A DNA stretch of 64,000 bases from Octopus bimaculoides (GCF_001194135.2 NC_068983.1:44325664-44389663), one strand, 5' to 3'; shown: positions 39,334-52,892, counted from the stretch's first letter. Translations and numbers: made by a program. The notes: generated by a model from the sequence alone, not told the origin.

Positions 39334-42300
39334 TGCACAGGTAACATCAAGAAGGAGTTACTATAGTTTTCATTATTACAAGTCGGTGTGGTGCAGACGA
39401 CAGACGACAAATGTACACACAGTGTTGATCCTCGTGAGGACTTTCTGTACAAAGTGTTCGGCTGTATGGCGTGTATGAGAAGAATAGACAAGAGAATGAG
39501 AAACCCGAGGTCAGGATGGAGGCGAGGTGAGAGAGAGAGAGAGAGAGACTGGGTGGGGGGGGGACAGTAAAACAGTAAAAAAGTAGGGTAACTGAATCCT
39601 CTTCTTGTGTCAAGACTCCAGCTGACACTTAAGCGCATGGGGCATATCGGTTATATTTCGCTGACATCTTGTCACTGGTTGCCTATTACTACTTCTACTA
39701 CTACGACAAGCAGTAGGTCAAATATGACGCACGCACACGTACGCACATACATAAACACAGCACCTCCATATCAGAGCCAACATCTAAATTATATACACAC
39801 ATATCTATACATGTTTCACAAAATAAAATAATATAAATTCCACAGAAATTCCTACAATTTTTAAAATTTTTGTTTTCGCTTGTTGCTGATATCAGCCGAA
39901 TAAATAAAATATTTCATGAAAGTTAACTATCCATGAACAACTTCAATGAAACTGAGAAAATAAGTTTCAAAGTTTTGTTGGGTACCGTAGGAGGTTGGTG
40001 ATTTTTTTGCTTTTCTCAGAGAGGAAGCACTTGACCCGACCCCCACCGCTTCCAGACCATTGCTAAATGTTTCAGGTTTTACTTTTAGATGACTAATTAA
40101 AGGTGCGCTAGTTCGGTGTTTATCTTCCGAATTTTAAGTTCAAAACTTCGGTTTGAATTTCGACTTCTACACTCGCTCCCTCACCGTGGTTGCTTGACCT
40201 GCAAGAAATAGCAGTCATATAGGCTTCAAAATCCACCGTCCTATATAGCAAAGTCCTAGACAGACACGCAATAATAATAAAAATACAGCGGGATTTCGAG
40301 ATAGCTGTCGGGAATAAAATGAAATTTTGAAGATAAATTTTTGAAGGGGTTTCGGTAATTTTCGTCACTCTAAAATACATATAATTCGCATTAAATCTTA
40401 TTTTTCTTAAAAATCCACGTTTTAAAACATTTTAACAGCCTACCCCTTCATCGTGCCTTTGGAGTAGCTGTCACACTTGGGATGGTCAAACCTGGAATAC
40501 CTTTCATTATAGGTATTTGCTTGGAGTTCACCTCGGGAGCTAAAACTATATGAATATTTAGTTTCGATTATAAATTAAAAAATGGCACAAAAAGTTTGGC
40601 ACAAGACCAAGAATTTGGGGTGAGGAGGGGTTAATCGATTACATCAACCCTTGCTTGACTGGTACTTAATCGATCATGAAAGGTAAAGTCGACCACGACG
40701 GTAACGTGAAGAGTCGGAAGAAATACAAGGTATTTTGTCCGAAGCACGAACGATTCCGCCAGCTTACCCCACCTCTTTCCTTAATAATATTTCTTTCCCC
40801 AGTAGATACAAGACCTGAAGCTAACGGGAAGAACTAGTCTATTGTATTCAACTGGTACTTATTTTATCGGCGCCCGAAAGGAGGAAAGCTCAGCAATATT
40901 CGAACACGGAACGTAAAGATTCGAAAGAAATGACACTAGGAATTTTTATCCGATGCACTACCGATTCTGCCAGCTTTACATTATATTTTTTTTTCGTCAA
41001 AGTTTTAACTATGTCACCTTGATGATATATTTTTACACGTGGACAAAGAATAGAGATAATGTTGATCAGATGATATTACATGATGACAAGGGCTTAGAAT
41101 GTTTAGGGATAGGGTCCTATACGTTCAGGTTTCAACTCTCACCGGAATTCAAAACAAGCCGTCTGTTCTTCCACGGTCGATAAAATAATACATTGATCAA
41201 GTATTGGAGATCGATATAATTGATTATACCCTCCACTCGTCCCAAAATATGTTTTGTGTCTATTATCAATATTACAAATATATTGTTATTGCTATTTAAC
41301 TCAGGTCATCCTGATAAACCCGGTTGAGGATCAAAGGGTTCCAATTATGACCAACCCGTATTTTTGTGGCCCTTTTTTTCTTTCAGATATAGCATCTATG
41401 ATTATATTAGCTAATGTACCCTTCCTTTAACCCAGTAGTATATGATTTTAAGGGAATTTAGGTGTTATTCCTAGCACATCGACGAGCGAAAACGCGGAGG
41501 GGCCCTGATTATGTGCGACTATGCATATGCATGGGTACGTATGTGTAAATGTACGTGTTATGTGTATGGGGGGGGGGTGCGTACAAGCCAAATAACCGGT
41601 TCAAGGCGTGTGTCAAACTAAAGAATCAAAGCGTGTGCACAAGTTTATAGTAAATATATACATTGTATAGAGAAAACACCCGAAGCCTATACAAAAACAC
41701 TGAATATGTGTTTATTATTCATCTAAAGTAAACAGTACGTGTGTAGGCACGTTTGTTGTGCATATATATTTTTATTAAAGGAGAGAAAGAGAGAGAGAGA
41801 GAGAGAGAAAATTAAAGTGCTACACACGACTATGGTAGACAAACACATTCGTGAGCGCACTCTTTCTATACACACACACACAAAGATGCACATTAATTCG
41901 ATCAAGAAATAATTTATGATGTAAGAAGTTATATGTAGTTGACAAAAAAAGTGATAAATTTTTATAACGTATTAAGACCTGAAATGAACACATTTAAAGA
42001 AATGTAGATATCTATAGCACGAATTTTATTAGCTTATATATTAACTATATATATATTGCAGTATTTTTGTATGTGTGTTTACAAACAAAACTGAAAAAGC
42101 ACTCAAAAGTAATATATATATATTTTTAGCTCTGTGTGTGTGTGTGTGTGTGTGCTGCTATTAATTTATATGTATATTTCACTACCACACTGGACAAAGT
42201 ATATCAAATTTCTCTCTTTACGGTTAAGGAGCACCGACTTCGAGTTGGTGTCATCTCTCTATACCTCCGGGGAGGGGGTTCAAATCTATATATATATACG

Positions 42301-42698
42301 TAAATGTCAGTATATAGGGAGAGGGGTATACGTGTGTTCATATACGTGTTTGTTTATGTGTCTATATATTTTTGTGTATGTCTGTGTGTGTTTGTGTATG
42401 AGAGCTATGTTTGTGTGCGTAAGTCTATACATGTATATGTTTGTGTTTAACTATGTATATACATGTGCTTATGTGTCTATATGTAAAGACATAACATACA
42501 CACACACACAAAATGTGAGCGTTTACTAATTACAGAAGTTCCATAACATAACCAAAACCATTGACAATAAAACTTAAAAAGCTTTCTTGGAAGCAAACAA
42601 GGAACTTAAAGTGACCAAAGTAGGGAAGTCAAAGAAATAAACAACAATAAGACAGACATTATTAATTAATACGCAAAGAACATAAGTTGTATATTTAC

Positions 42699-42809
42699 CT
42701 TATTATTTTCGAGTGCCTGTGCCGAGTGGGAATCCTTGGCAGCGAAACAATTTTGACATTTGCTCTTATTGAAGATGTTAGGTACAAATTTCCGGCATTT
42801 TGAAGCCAT
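42699..42809 (-). CDS. MPRIP: First coding exon (37 aa) of a myosin phosphatase Rho-interacting protein / Drosophila outspread orthologue
   Basis: Manual translation gives [37 protein letters not shown]. This matches the human MPRIP N-terminus as I recall it ([24 protein letters not shown]), including C-x12-C-x2-C-x6-H spacing. ATG at 42809; ends on a phase-0 donor AAG|GTAAAT at 42699/42698. Confidence 0.93.
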
Positions 42810-42947
42810 ATTCACTACTTTTAGGTATCAATACATTTAGAAAATATAGATAGATCTATGTGTAGACATTTAAAGAAATTCACATATAATAATATATATG
42901 CATGTGTTTATGTGTGTGTGTGTGTGTGCATGTACATAAATATAGAG

Positions 42948-42997
<50 letters not shown>

Positions 42998-43839
42998 GGA
43001 TGGACAGGCAACTATGTATAATGATACATAGGTTGAAAAGATATGTGTATATATTTATAGAAATTCATAAATATATAGTATATGTGAGTGCTTGTGTATG
43101 TGTAAAATACACAAATTTATATAAATATGTGTGTATGTATAAGAATGGACAGGTTGCTATGTATAAGTAAAAATATATATCCGTACTCCATATGTATATC
43201 AAATTCACAAGTGTTTGGAAGGTGCGTGTATAGTATTTAATTAGTTAATTAATAGATTAATTAACTGTCTGTTAAACAAATATACTCCTTTCTTTATATG
43301 TCCAGCCAAACTGGGACTGCGTAGTAGTGGCTAGTAGTAACAACACTATAACAAACAGCACAGGTACTGTAGTCGCAATACATAATAATGTTGTTGCTTC
43401 TGTTGTAGTAGCTGTCGTACATTGACGGCGGTGGTAGTATTGATGGTAATAATAATCATTCGGTCTATTTTGCCGGGTGCTCGTTAACGATGGGGACAGT
43501 CTTGCCGTGGCTTTACGACGGCCCACTAATAATGGTAGAACTACTAGAGACACTAACCGTATTGTTTTTAATGGTCCGGTCACAATCAAAGACAGCCACG
43601 CTCTGTATGTCTCCACAAACATTTAGTTAGTCCGGTCGCCGACTTGGTATGTCGGCTTTCGTCCGTGTCTTGTCTTACTTGTTTATTATTAATTTTTTTT
43701 CCTCTTTAAATTGATGTATCTCCGTAATGTTATTTACAATAGTTAATTGTTAATATCGTGATAATAATTATTGATATAGCTATATATAGACATAGAAATA
43801 TGTACGAGGACACGTATAGAGACTTTCTAAGTTTGTTTC

Positions 43840-44000
43840 TCCTGAATTTGCATGTACATACATAATAAAACACCTTTGTTAATTGTATTAATTAAGCGGC
43901 GTGCTCCGGCAGAAGACCGCCATTTGGCTTTGGTAGGAGAGACTGAGTGCGTGAGCGAGAGAGAAAGCCAGACAGAGTATGTATGAGAGAGGTGGAGTGT
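43840..44000 (-). promoter_or_regulatory. Candidate MPRIP promoter / transcription start region
   Basis: CpG-rich unique sequence ~1.1 kb upstream of the ATG. YY1-type motif AAATGGCGG on the minus strand (43917-43925), octamer ATGCAAAT (43846-43853), and a CT-rich tract on the minus strand. Confidence 0.4.
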
Positions 44001-44651
44001 CTTTGTGAGAGAGACAGAGTGTAAGTATGAGAGTGGGGAAATGTGTTTGTGAGAGAGAGACTTAGTTGAAAGAGAGAGGGAGTATGTTTATAAGACAGAG
44101 CTTATATGTGAGAGAGGGGGAGTGTGTTTGTGAAAAAGATAGTGTGTGAGGGAGGGGGAAGGAGCTAAGGTAAGGAGTCGGTCAACATAGTCTAAAGCTA
44201 GCAAAATAGTAGTGACCAAGGAAATACAGTGTCCAATCTGTTATTCAGCCTGTTACTATCAAATTGAGTCAAGATGGACTATTTACTAAAAATACAAACT
44301 GCTTGTTGTTAGTGTTGGCTTTTAGTAGCAGTTGTAGAGTTGGATGAAGGGGAGGTGGAAAGAGAAAGAGTATGTAATTGTATGAGAAAGAGTGATAGGG
44401 TGACAGTGAGATCAGGTAGGAGGGGAAGGAGAGAAAGAGTAATAGTAATAGGAGGAGTGATAGAGAGAATGAAGGTGCTTAATGAAAATAGAGAAATAAT
44501 GGTTAATTATATAGCGAGTGAAAGAATAAGGTAAGACACGAGAAAGAGGGGTGAGTTGAATATAAGAGAAGCGAAGGCGGGGAAAACAGAGAGTGAGGTG
44601 ACAGACAAATTGAAAGGCGATATACATACATACAAACATACATTTGTGTGC

Positions 44652-44727
<76 letters not shown>

Positions 44728-46336
44728 TACATTTACTACTGCTATATTTCTATATTAACTCCGTCATCAGCAGCAGCAGCAATAATATCGTTGTAAATCC
44801 CAACATTGGAATCCCAACGTGCTCGCCGATTCTCGAACCGGTTTCGAATCGGAATCAGCGGTGGGTTGGCAGAATCGTTAAATGACTGCGGAATTATTTA
44901 ATTACAACTCGTTACGTTCGGTGTTCGAATCCTGTCGAAGTTATCTGTACTTTTCGTCTCGTTTTTTTAATAATTTTTATAAAGGGTCGATAAAATAAAC
45001 TACCGGTCGATTTAATATTCCTAAAAAATCATCCAAAGAAGGGTGAATTCTGGTTTAATTCATTATGCGTTGTGTCACAGATATCTTTTGGAAAGATATG
45101 AACATCATAGATTCTCGTTTCCCCTCTTATAATTCTGAGACAGTTTGCCAACAGTTTTTTATATTGTATAAATTATATATGCATTTTTTTATATTTTGTG
45201 TTACGAACTAAAATATTTCTGATATGAGTTAACAACGGACAATATACTTGCTAGAAATTGTAGACAAATCTCCCTCGGCCATCTTAATAAAGGAAGGACA
45301 CATTAGAAAGATAGAAGAAATAAAGAAAGAAAAAGCCGGGAGGCTCACAGCTGGAACGTCATTAATAGCAGGTCACCAGATCGATAACGTTTGACCTGAC
45401 TTAACAATTTTAATAACACTAATACATAATATATACTCGAGTCAACGAGGAAACCTCAACTCGATTGCGTGACCCGCTAGAAATTATAACCAGATACCCC
45501 CAGATTTTAACAGGAAGAACACATTTGAGAATACGACCCCCATAGATTATATCTGAAAAAAAAAAAAAAAAAAAAAGACAGGATGGTCACGATCGGATTA
45601 TCTTGATCATGTTTGTCGGTCAGCGTCGACCTGGGTCTAAATTATAAATTGCAGCTACTACTGCTGTTTAACCCTAGGTCAACACTACTCGAGCAGAACT
45701 ATTAGTATTCATTTTCTAAACGTAACCATCCTGGTTTGTTTGTTTTTTCTGTAAGTATTGTGTATCTAGGACTACATTATTGAATGTGTCTTTATTCTAT
45801 AAGAATAGGGTGAGATTGCTAACAAGTCGAGCGATCGCGTGGAGTCTCCGTCTTTGACAAGGTAGTAGTTGTCGAGCCGATAAATGATCAAAGGTATGCT
45901 TGCCGTGACCATTCCGTCTGTTTCCTGGCACATTACTCCTAAGACTCCCACATGTTCTAGTTGACGCTAAGGTATATCAGGATCTACATGAGGCAGAGTC
46001 TTCCCAGCTACGAGTATCCTGTATTTATATTTTCACATATGACTATGTTACCCAGTGTTTATTCCTTCTAACACCGTATGGAATGATTTGAGGATAACTT
46101 GGCTGCTTGTTTACTGGAGCGACTGCGTAGAGGCTCCATCGTTATTTTGCGCCTGTGCTATGTATAATCAATAAGGCGTTTGACCTGCAAATAACAAAAT
46201 AATTATTGAAGAAAAAAAAAAAAAAAAAAATGCGGTCAATTATCAGCAGACGCCATCTGCATGAAAAAGAAAAGTTAAGTGAGCATCAAAAATCTAATTA
46301 GAAATAATTTTTGGAAATAATTATTTTTTATTGCCG

Positions 46337-46889
46337 TATCTGTACATAAGCACCTGCATATACTCACACTAGCGTTACATACCCACAAATATTTCCACGC
46401 TTGTGCATACCCGTATACACACAGAGGCTATAACACATACCCGTATACACATAAACACACACGCAGTCCTTCACAAACGCCCCCCCCCCCCATATCATTA
46501 AATAACAATAATAATAATAATAATAATAATAATTAGATAAATATCTGATTATTATTAAAGAACACGCACACACACATAGAGTCTCTACAATAGAGATTTT
46601 ATGTATCTCCGGGTGGAGATTGGATGAACCAAAATCGAAGTCAATGGAATTTCAATGCAAAAAAAAGAAAGAGGANNNNNNNNNNGAAAGAGGAACAAGA
46701 CTATGAATGCAATTAAGCATGTCTACCCGTTTATTAAGGAAAATTACTGCGTTGTGAATAGTTTTACGATATAGATTTGCAAAATTCTATCAGATACGTC
46801 GCCTCCTCTTCTCGTAAACTCATTAATTAGAAGGGGTGGGGGAGAGATGGGTAGATAGATGTGCGGGTGGGTATGAAAGCATGTTTGTA

Positions 46890-46924
<35 letters not shown>

Positions 46925-47179
46925 TGGTTTGTGGGTGAGTACGGATGTTTGTGTATAGGCGTATGTGAGGGTGGGAACTGTGCGTGTTTGTGCGAATTAT
47001 GCACGTGGGTACGTAATGTTTGTGTGTGTGTGTGCGTTTGTGAAGGACTGTGTGTGTATGTTTATGTGCATACGGGTATGTGTTATAGCCTCTGTGTGTA
47101 TACGGGTATGCACAAGCGTGGAAATATATGTGGGTATGTAATGCTTGTGTGAGTATGTGTATGTGCTTATGTACAGATA
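46337..47179. repeat. Long inverted repeat: ~145-bp arms (46337-46480 and 47034-47179), ~550-bp spacer
   Basis: The right arm reverse-complements the left arm at roughly 90% identity by eye. Confidence 0.9.
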
Positions 47180-48154
47180 GGTGTATGTAAAAGCCTAAGG
47201 ATGTGTGTATGCGGGTATGCGTCGCAAAAAGTATGTGTATACGGGTACGTAAAGCATATATGTGTGGTTATGTATCAGCGTCTGTTTATGTAAATGCCGG
47301 TTTGTACCAAATTATGTATGTATGCATGCATGCATGTATGTGTGTATGGATGGATGGATGGATGCCTTTATATATGTATAGGATTGCGAACATACGCAGG
47401 GTGGGATACTGTATAGACTTATGTGAGAATCTGTGTATGTGTAAACGGGTATGTACGTACCGGCGTGTGTATACTGATATGTACTAGTATGTATGTGAGC
47501 GTGAATATGTGTGTGTGTGTGTATATGTATATGTATGTATGTATGTATATATATATATGTATNNNNNNNNNNNNNNNNNNNNNNNNNNNNNNNNNNNNNN
47601 NNNNNNNNNNNNNNNNNNNNNNNNNNNNNNNNNNNNNNNNNNNNNNNNNNNNNNNNNNNNNNNNNNNNNNNNNNNNNNNNNNNNNNNNNNNNNNNNNNNN
47701 NNNNNNNNNNNNNNNNNNNNNNNNNNNNNNNNNNNNNNNNNNNNNNNNNNNNNNNNNNNNNNNNNNNNNNNNNNNNNNNNNNNNNNNNNNNNNNNNNNNN
47801 NNNNNNNNNNNNNNNNNNNNNNNNNNNNNNNNNNNNNNNNNNNNNNNNNNNNNNNNNNNNNNNNNNNNNNNNNNATAATAACAATCTTTTCTTTTAATAA
47901 TAATAATGCTCGCTTCTCTTTTCCTCTCTCTCTCTCTCTCTCTCTCTCCCTCTCCCTCTCTCTTTGTGGTTCTTCCTTTCTCTCTCTCTCTCTCTCTCCC
48001 TTTCACTCTTTCTCTCCTCATTTTGCAACCTTTTTGTTTGTTTTTTTTTTTTCCTTTTGCATTCCAGATAGCGACGTGAAAACATCTCGGCATCACTCTC
48101 CTTATTAGTGGTGCTGTTGCCATGGTTCTAGCAGTTGTTGCTGTGTTGCTATGA

Positions 48155-48190
<36 letters not shown>

Positions 48191-48200
48191 CAGCAGCAGC

Positions 48201-48247
<47 letters not shown>
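48155..48247. repeat. (AGT)n/(AGC)n trinucleotide microsatellite
   Basis: Directly visible; it generates the poly-S/T/L/Y ORF-track artefacts. Confidence 0.95.
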
Positions 48248-48248
<1 letters not shown>

Positions 48249-48603
48249 TGCTGTTGTTGTATAGAGTGCAAACTGCCAAGAGGGAGCGCGCGCACACACA
48301 CACATACATACATACAAACATACATACAAACATACATCTGTTTTTCATTTGTTATTTACATACATACATACATAGCATTATGCAATACTGCGCACACATA
48401 CATATTTACAAAGCGCATGTGCTCAGTCACATACACATACTGAGGTGCTCGCGCTCAACCACACATACACACACACACACAAATCACACATAAATACACA
48501 CACACTCGTGCACGCGCAAATGTGTGTGTGTGTGTGATTATTTCGAAATTCATCTGAATTAGTTCTAAAGAGCTGAAAGATGACCGAACCAAATTTATAA
48601 ACG

Positions 48604-48637
<34 letters not shown>

Positions 48638-49484
48638 GTTCTAACATAAACATTTTTGTTTGCGTGAGTCAGCCGGATACCCTGCCTGTCGCCAACCCTC
48701 ACTCACCTGTTTCTAAGTAAGGTAGTATTTCCCTATGGCCGGACATGTTTTTCAAGGAAGATTGGAAATGGATAGCGAGGCTCGTTTATTAACGTCACAT
48801 AATGTCAAAATAAGGGAACACACATACACTCACTCTCACTCACGCGCACACACACTCCCATGCACACACGCATATGTAAGTATGCATGTGTATGTATATA
48901 TGTACTACGTACGTATGTAAGTATGCATGTATGTATGTACGTATGTATGTTTGTATGTGTGTTTGTATGTCATTATTCAGTTTTATTTCAAGATTTCTTA
49001 CCAATAGAGAAAGAACCGGTTTCTAACCTAGATCCAAGGCTTCTTCATTGGAATTTCAACATCAACAACAGGGTATGTATGTATGTATGTATGTATGTAT
49101 GTATGTATGTATGTATGCACGTATGCATGTATGTATGTGCAGATTTGTATGTTTTAAGTATGTATTCCTATGCATATAGTTGCATATCTAGACATGCTCG
49201 TATATATCTTTAAATGATAAACTTCTGGAAAGTTTTACAGATTTTTACAGTTCCAGTGATGACTTGGATATGTAGTCTTTGAATTAGCTTTCTTCTTTCT
49301 AATTTTGAGAAGCCTAATTTCTCGAGATTAATGTTTATGCAGTGTGTTACATATCCCAGGGCCCCCAAAATTACAGGTATAAACCCATGTGTGTATGCAT
49401 GTATGTATATGTGCCGATTTATATGTTTTGTTTTATGTATGTATTCTCATGCATATACTTGCATATCTAGACATGGTATGTATG

Positions 49485-49640
49485 CACTAGCGTAGCTGGA
49501 GGGAGCGGTAGGGGCGGTCCGCCCTGGGCGGCACTTTTAAAGGGGCACCACTTTCGGGCCTGCTATAGGCAATATGTTTTTTGTGGGGGCAGCAAACGGA
49601 AGGGCAGCCCCGGGTGGCACACACTCTAGCTACGCTAGTG
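49485..49640. mobile_element. 156-bp MITE with 13-bp TIRs (superfamily unassigned)
   Basis: CACTAGCGTAGCT ... AGCTACGCTAGTG; a second, more decayed copy lies at 60447-60600. Confidence 0.8.
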
Positions 49641-50218
49641 TATGCATGTATGTATGTATGTATGTATGTACGTGACGAGCTTCTTTCAGTTTCCGTCAGC
49701 TACGTTCATTCACACTTTGGTCGGTTTGGAACAAAAGTAGAAGACATTTGCCCAAGTGTCCGCACCATGGGACTGAACCGAAGGCCACATGGCTGGAAAG
49801 CAAACTTCTTAACTACACAGCCATGTACAATCGCACCCACCCTCCATGCGCTCAAACACCCACTCCCGTTAAAAAATACTAAAATCCAAACTCCATTTAA
49901 AATCACAGGCTCCTGTCTCCAATTTTTTGATCCTGTATCATATAAGTTTCAAATTTTGGCACAAGGCCAGCAAATTCGGGGAGAGAGAAGTCGAATACAT
50001 CGACCCTAGTATGTACGTATGCATGTATAACTGCATGTTTGCATGTATAACTGCATGTATGCATGTATGACTGGTACTTATTTTATCAACCTCTAAAGGA
50101 TGAAAGGCAATGTCGATTTCAGTGGAATTTGAACCCAGAACGTAAAGATGGATGAAATGCCGCTAAGCATTTTGCCCGGCATAGTTCGTCGCCTTAATAA
50201 TAGTAATATTCCAGTAAT

Positions 50219-50411
50219 GTTTAGCACACTAGGCAAAATGCTTAGCGGTATTTCGTCTGTCGCTACGTTCAGAGTTCAAATTCCGCCTCGGTCGAATTTG
50301 CCTTTCATCCTTTCGGGATCGATAAATTAAGTACCAGTTGCGTACTGGGTCGATCTAATCGACTGGCCCCCTTCCCAAAAAATTTCGGGCGCTGTGCCTT
50401 GAGTAGAAAAG
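50219..50411 (+). mobile_element. SINE family B copy with a 14-bp target-site duplication
   Basis: AATATTCCAGTAAT at 50205-50218 and 50412-50425. Confidence 0.75.
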
Positions 50412-50965
50412 AATATTCCAGTAATATTTTTTAGTGATTTAGGCAGCAAGCTGGCAAAATCGTTAGCACTCCGAGCAAAATGCTTAGCGGTATTTCGTCT
50501 GTCTTTACGTCGAGGTCGACTTTGCCTTTCATCCTTTCAGGGTCGATAAATTAAGTACCAGATGAATACCGATCTAATCGACTGGCTCCCTCCCCCAAAA
50601 TTTCGGGCCTTATGCCTTGAGTAGAAAAGATTCCGCCAGTTCACCGCCTTAATCTCATATCACATAAATACCACGTCGGACCTCCGTACAGTATTAAAAA
50701 TGTCGTCACTATTAGGCTGTTCAATATGGAACTAACACGCTTACGTGTTGTACACCTGTGCGCCGTGCATACATTTTAACATGTTAGCAGCTGCCATAGT
50801 GTTAATACTGAGTAAAAATATATTTCAGTTTTGTACCTTTGTCATCATTACGAAACACTTTAATACCAAAACTGAGTTCAGAAAGGCGAAATTGAACCTT
50901 TGATCACCGGAAGGCTAATATCCATACCGACAAGTTGCAAAGGCTCTCAATATACATATTTTTAC

Positions 50966-51079
50966 CATTTATTGTGTGCAGCATCACATCAAGGTACTGG
51001 GACTGCAAGTTGACCGTCCCACGATCAGGAAGACCTGATGTTACCACAGCCAGACAAGTCTCGTATATTGGTTTCAAAT
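50966..51079 (-). CDS. Candidate symmetric 114-nt exon (phase 1-1), unidentified
   Basis: Acceptor ttcttctgccttgtacccag|, donor G|GTAAAA, and only one open frame on this strand (DLKPIYETCLAVVTSGLPDRGTVNLQSQYLDVMLHTIN). No homology recognised. Confidence 0.2.
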
Positions 51080-52892
51080 CTGGGTACAAGGCAGAAGAAA
51101 TGCCGCTAAGTATTATGCCCGGTGCGCCAACGATTCTGCCAGCTCGCCGCCTTAGGCGAGATCAGTATATTGAGAGAGGATATTTGTAGAATTTTGTTCC
51201 AGCCAACTACAGACATAGCTCCACAATTACTTGGACTTATAGCAGCATAACTTGGGGAAACAATGGAGCGGTTTTTCCCGAGTAACACTTTATGGGGGCG
51301 GCAATTTTAGGTCTGCTGTATAACCCTATATAGAGGATGGAAAGGCGGAATGGAGCACTAAACTTAAGGACTGTCCGAGCCAGCACACAGTCTATTTATG
51401 CCACTGCATATACAACGCATAAACAACCCTGTCTGGATTAATTTAGGGACTGCAGGCCAGAATATTCCACCAAATGGAAGATCTCCTGAAATGAAGTGAG
51501 AAGTCACTAAAAATATTGATTTCAAATTTTAGCATAAGGTCAGCAATTTCGGAGTCGGGGACAAATCGATAACATCGAGTTCAGTGCTCGACTGCTACTT
51601 ATTTTATCGAATCCGAAAGGATGAAAGGCAAAGTCGACCTCGGCGGAATTTGAACTCAGAATGTGAAGACAGACGAAATGCTACTAAGCATTTTGCCTGG
51701 CATGCTAACGATTCTGCCAGCTTGCCGCCTAAATCACTAAAAAATGTTACTGGAAGGCTCATAGTAGTTGTAGTTCAGAGATCTGCCAAGTGTTAAATCC
51801 GGTTCTGCTATCTGGAATCATCTCCATGAGAATAGACTGGCTAACAGGCATTTTCAACGAGGTGGAGTCCTTATAGAAAAAAACATCGATAGATCAGACA
51901 ACAAAAGTGGACACAAACCAGAATAAACAGCTGTATGTAGCAGTGAGACGTACTATATTGTTGAACGAGAACAGTTTTTTGTAGTTTGACATTTTAAACG
52001 TCTCTAGAAAGAGTTTTTGAACTCAGTATATTAGTGTTTCTCAAAGGGTATGATGTCGGGAGGGACTCTAAGGGGGATCGAACAATTTGCCCTGCTTAAT
52101 AAAATTCAAATGGTTTTAAACTGTCTTCCACTGTGGAGAAGATAAAAAGAAGTACATGGTTGCAAAATCTACTCTGACATATTAAGAAATAGAAAGAAGG
52201 CAGCGAGCTGGCAGAATGCTCAGCGGCTATTTCTTCCTGCTCTTTGCTTTCCGAGTTCGAATTCCGTCGAGGTCGACTTTGCCTTTTTATCCTTTCGGGG
52301 GTCAATGGAATAAGTACCAGTTTAGCACTGGAGTCGGTGTAATCGACTAACTCCCTCCCACAAAATTTCAAACTTTGTGCCATCGTAGAAAGGATCAATT
52401 AATAGGATAAGAAAGACACCTACCCACCCTGGCCCGTTGCTAAACCCCTGCAACCCCTGCGGTCGCAGGGCGCCTCTGCGAGTGAGGGGCCCCATGTTAA
52501 GATCAAAGTACGTAGATGAGTCATCTGTTTACTTTGGTTAAGATGTTGAATAAGAATTAAACTATTTGTGATAAACCTAAATAAATTTTTAATTTGTACT
52601 TTTAAAAATGTTCTTTAAGAAAACGGGAAATATTGAACTTCAGGTAGAATAAACTAAAATATAATTATGGATAAAAGGTGCGTAGATTATGAATTTTCAT
52701 TGAAGGGATGGGGCCTCGAAACAAAAAGTTACAGGGGGCCTCTAAAAGTCACGCGACGGGGCTGTACCCACCCCAACTCCCCAAACATAATCACTAATAT
52801 TAGAGAAGAATGTTTTCCTATTTGTCAGAAAATCTTAGCGATGTATTCAAATGCGAGCCCCAACGTAATGTACGTAATGTACGTAAATGTAG

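Noticed and set aside
40184-40330. Candidate first exon MTAISCRSSNH|GTGAGG in a CpG-rich patch
   Set aside because: It ends in phase 1, whereas the MPRIP downstream exon should be entered in phase 0, and it has no homology support.
44740-44870. Minus-strand peptide RNRFENRRARW resembling homeodomain helix 3, with an imperfect palindrome
   Set aside because: The invariant Trp and helices 1-2 are missing, there is no splice acceptor, and it runs into a SINE-B remnant; most likely chance.
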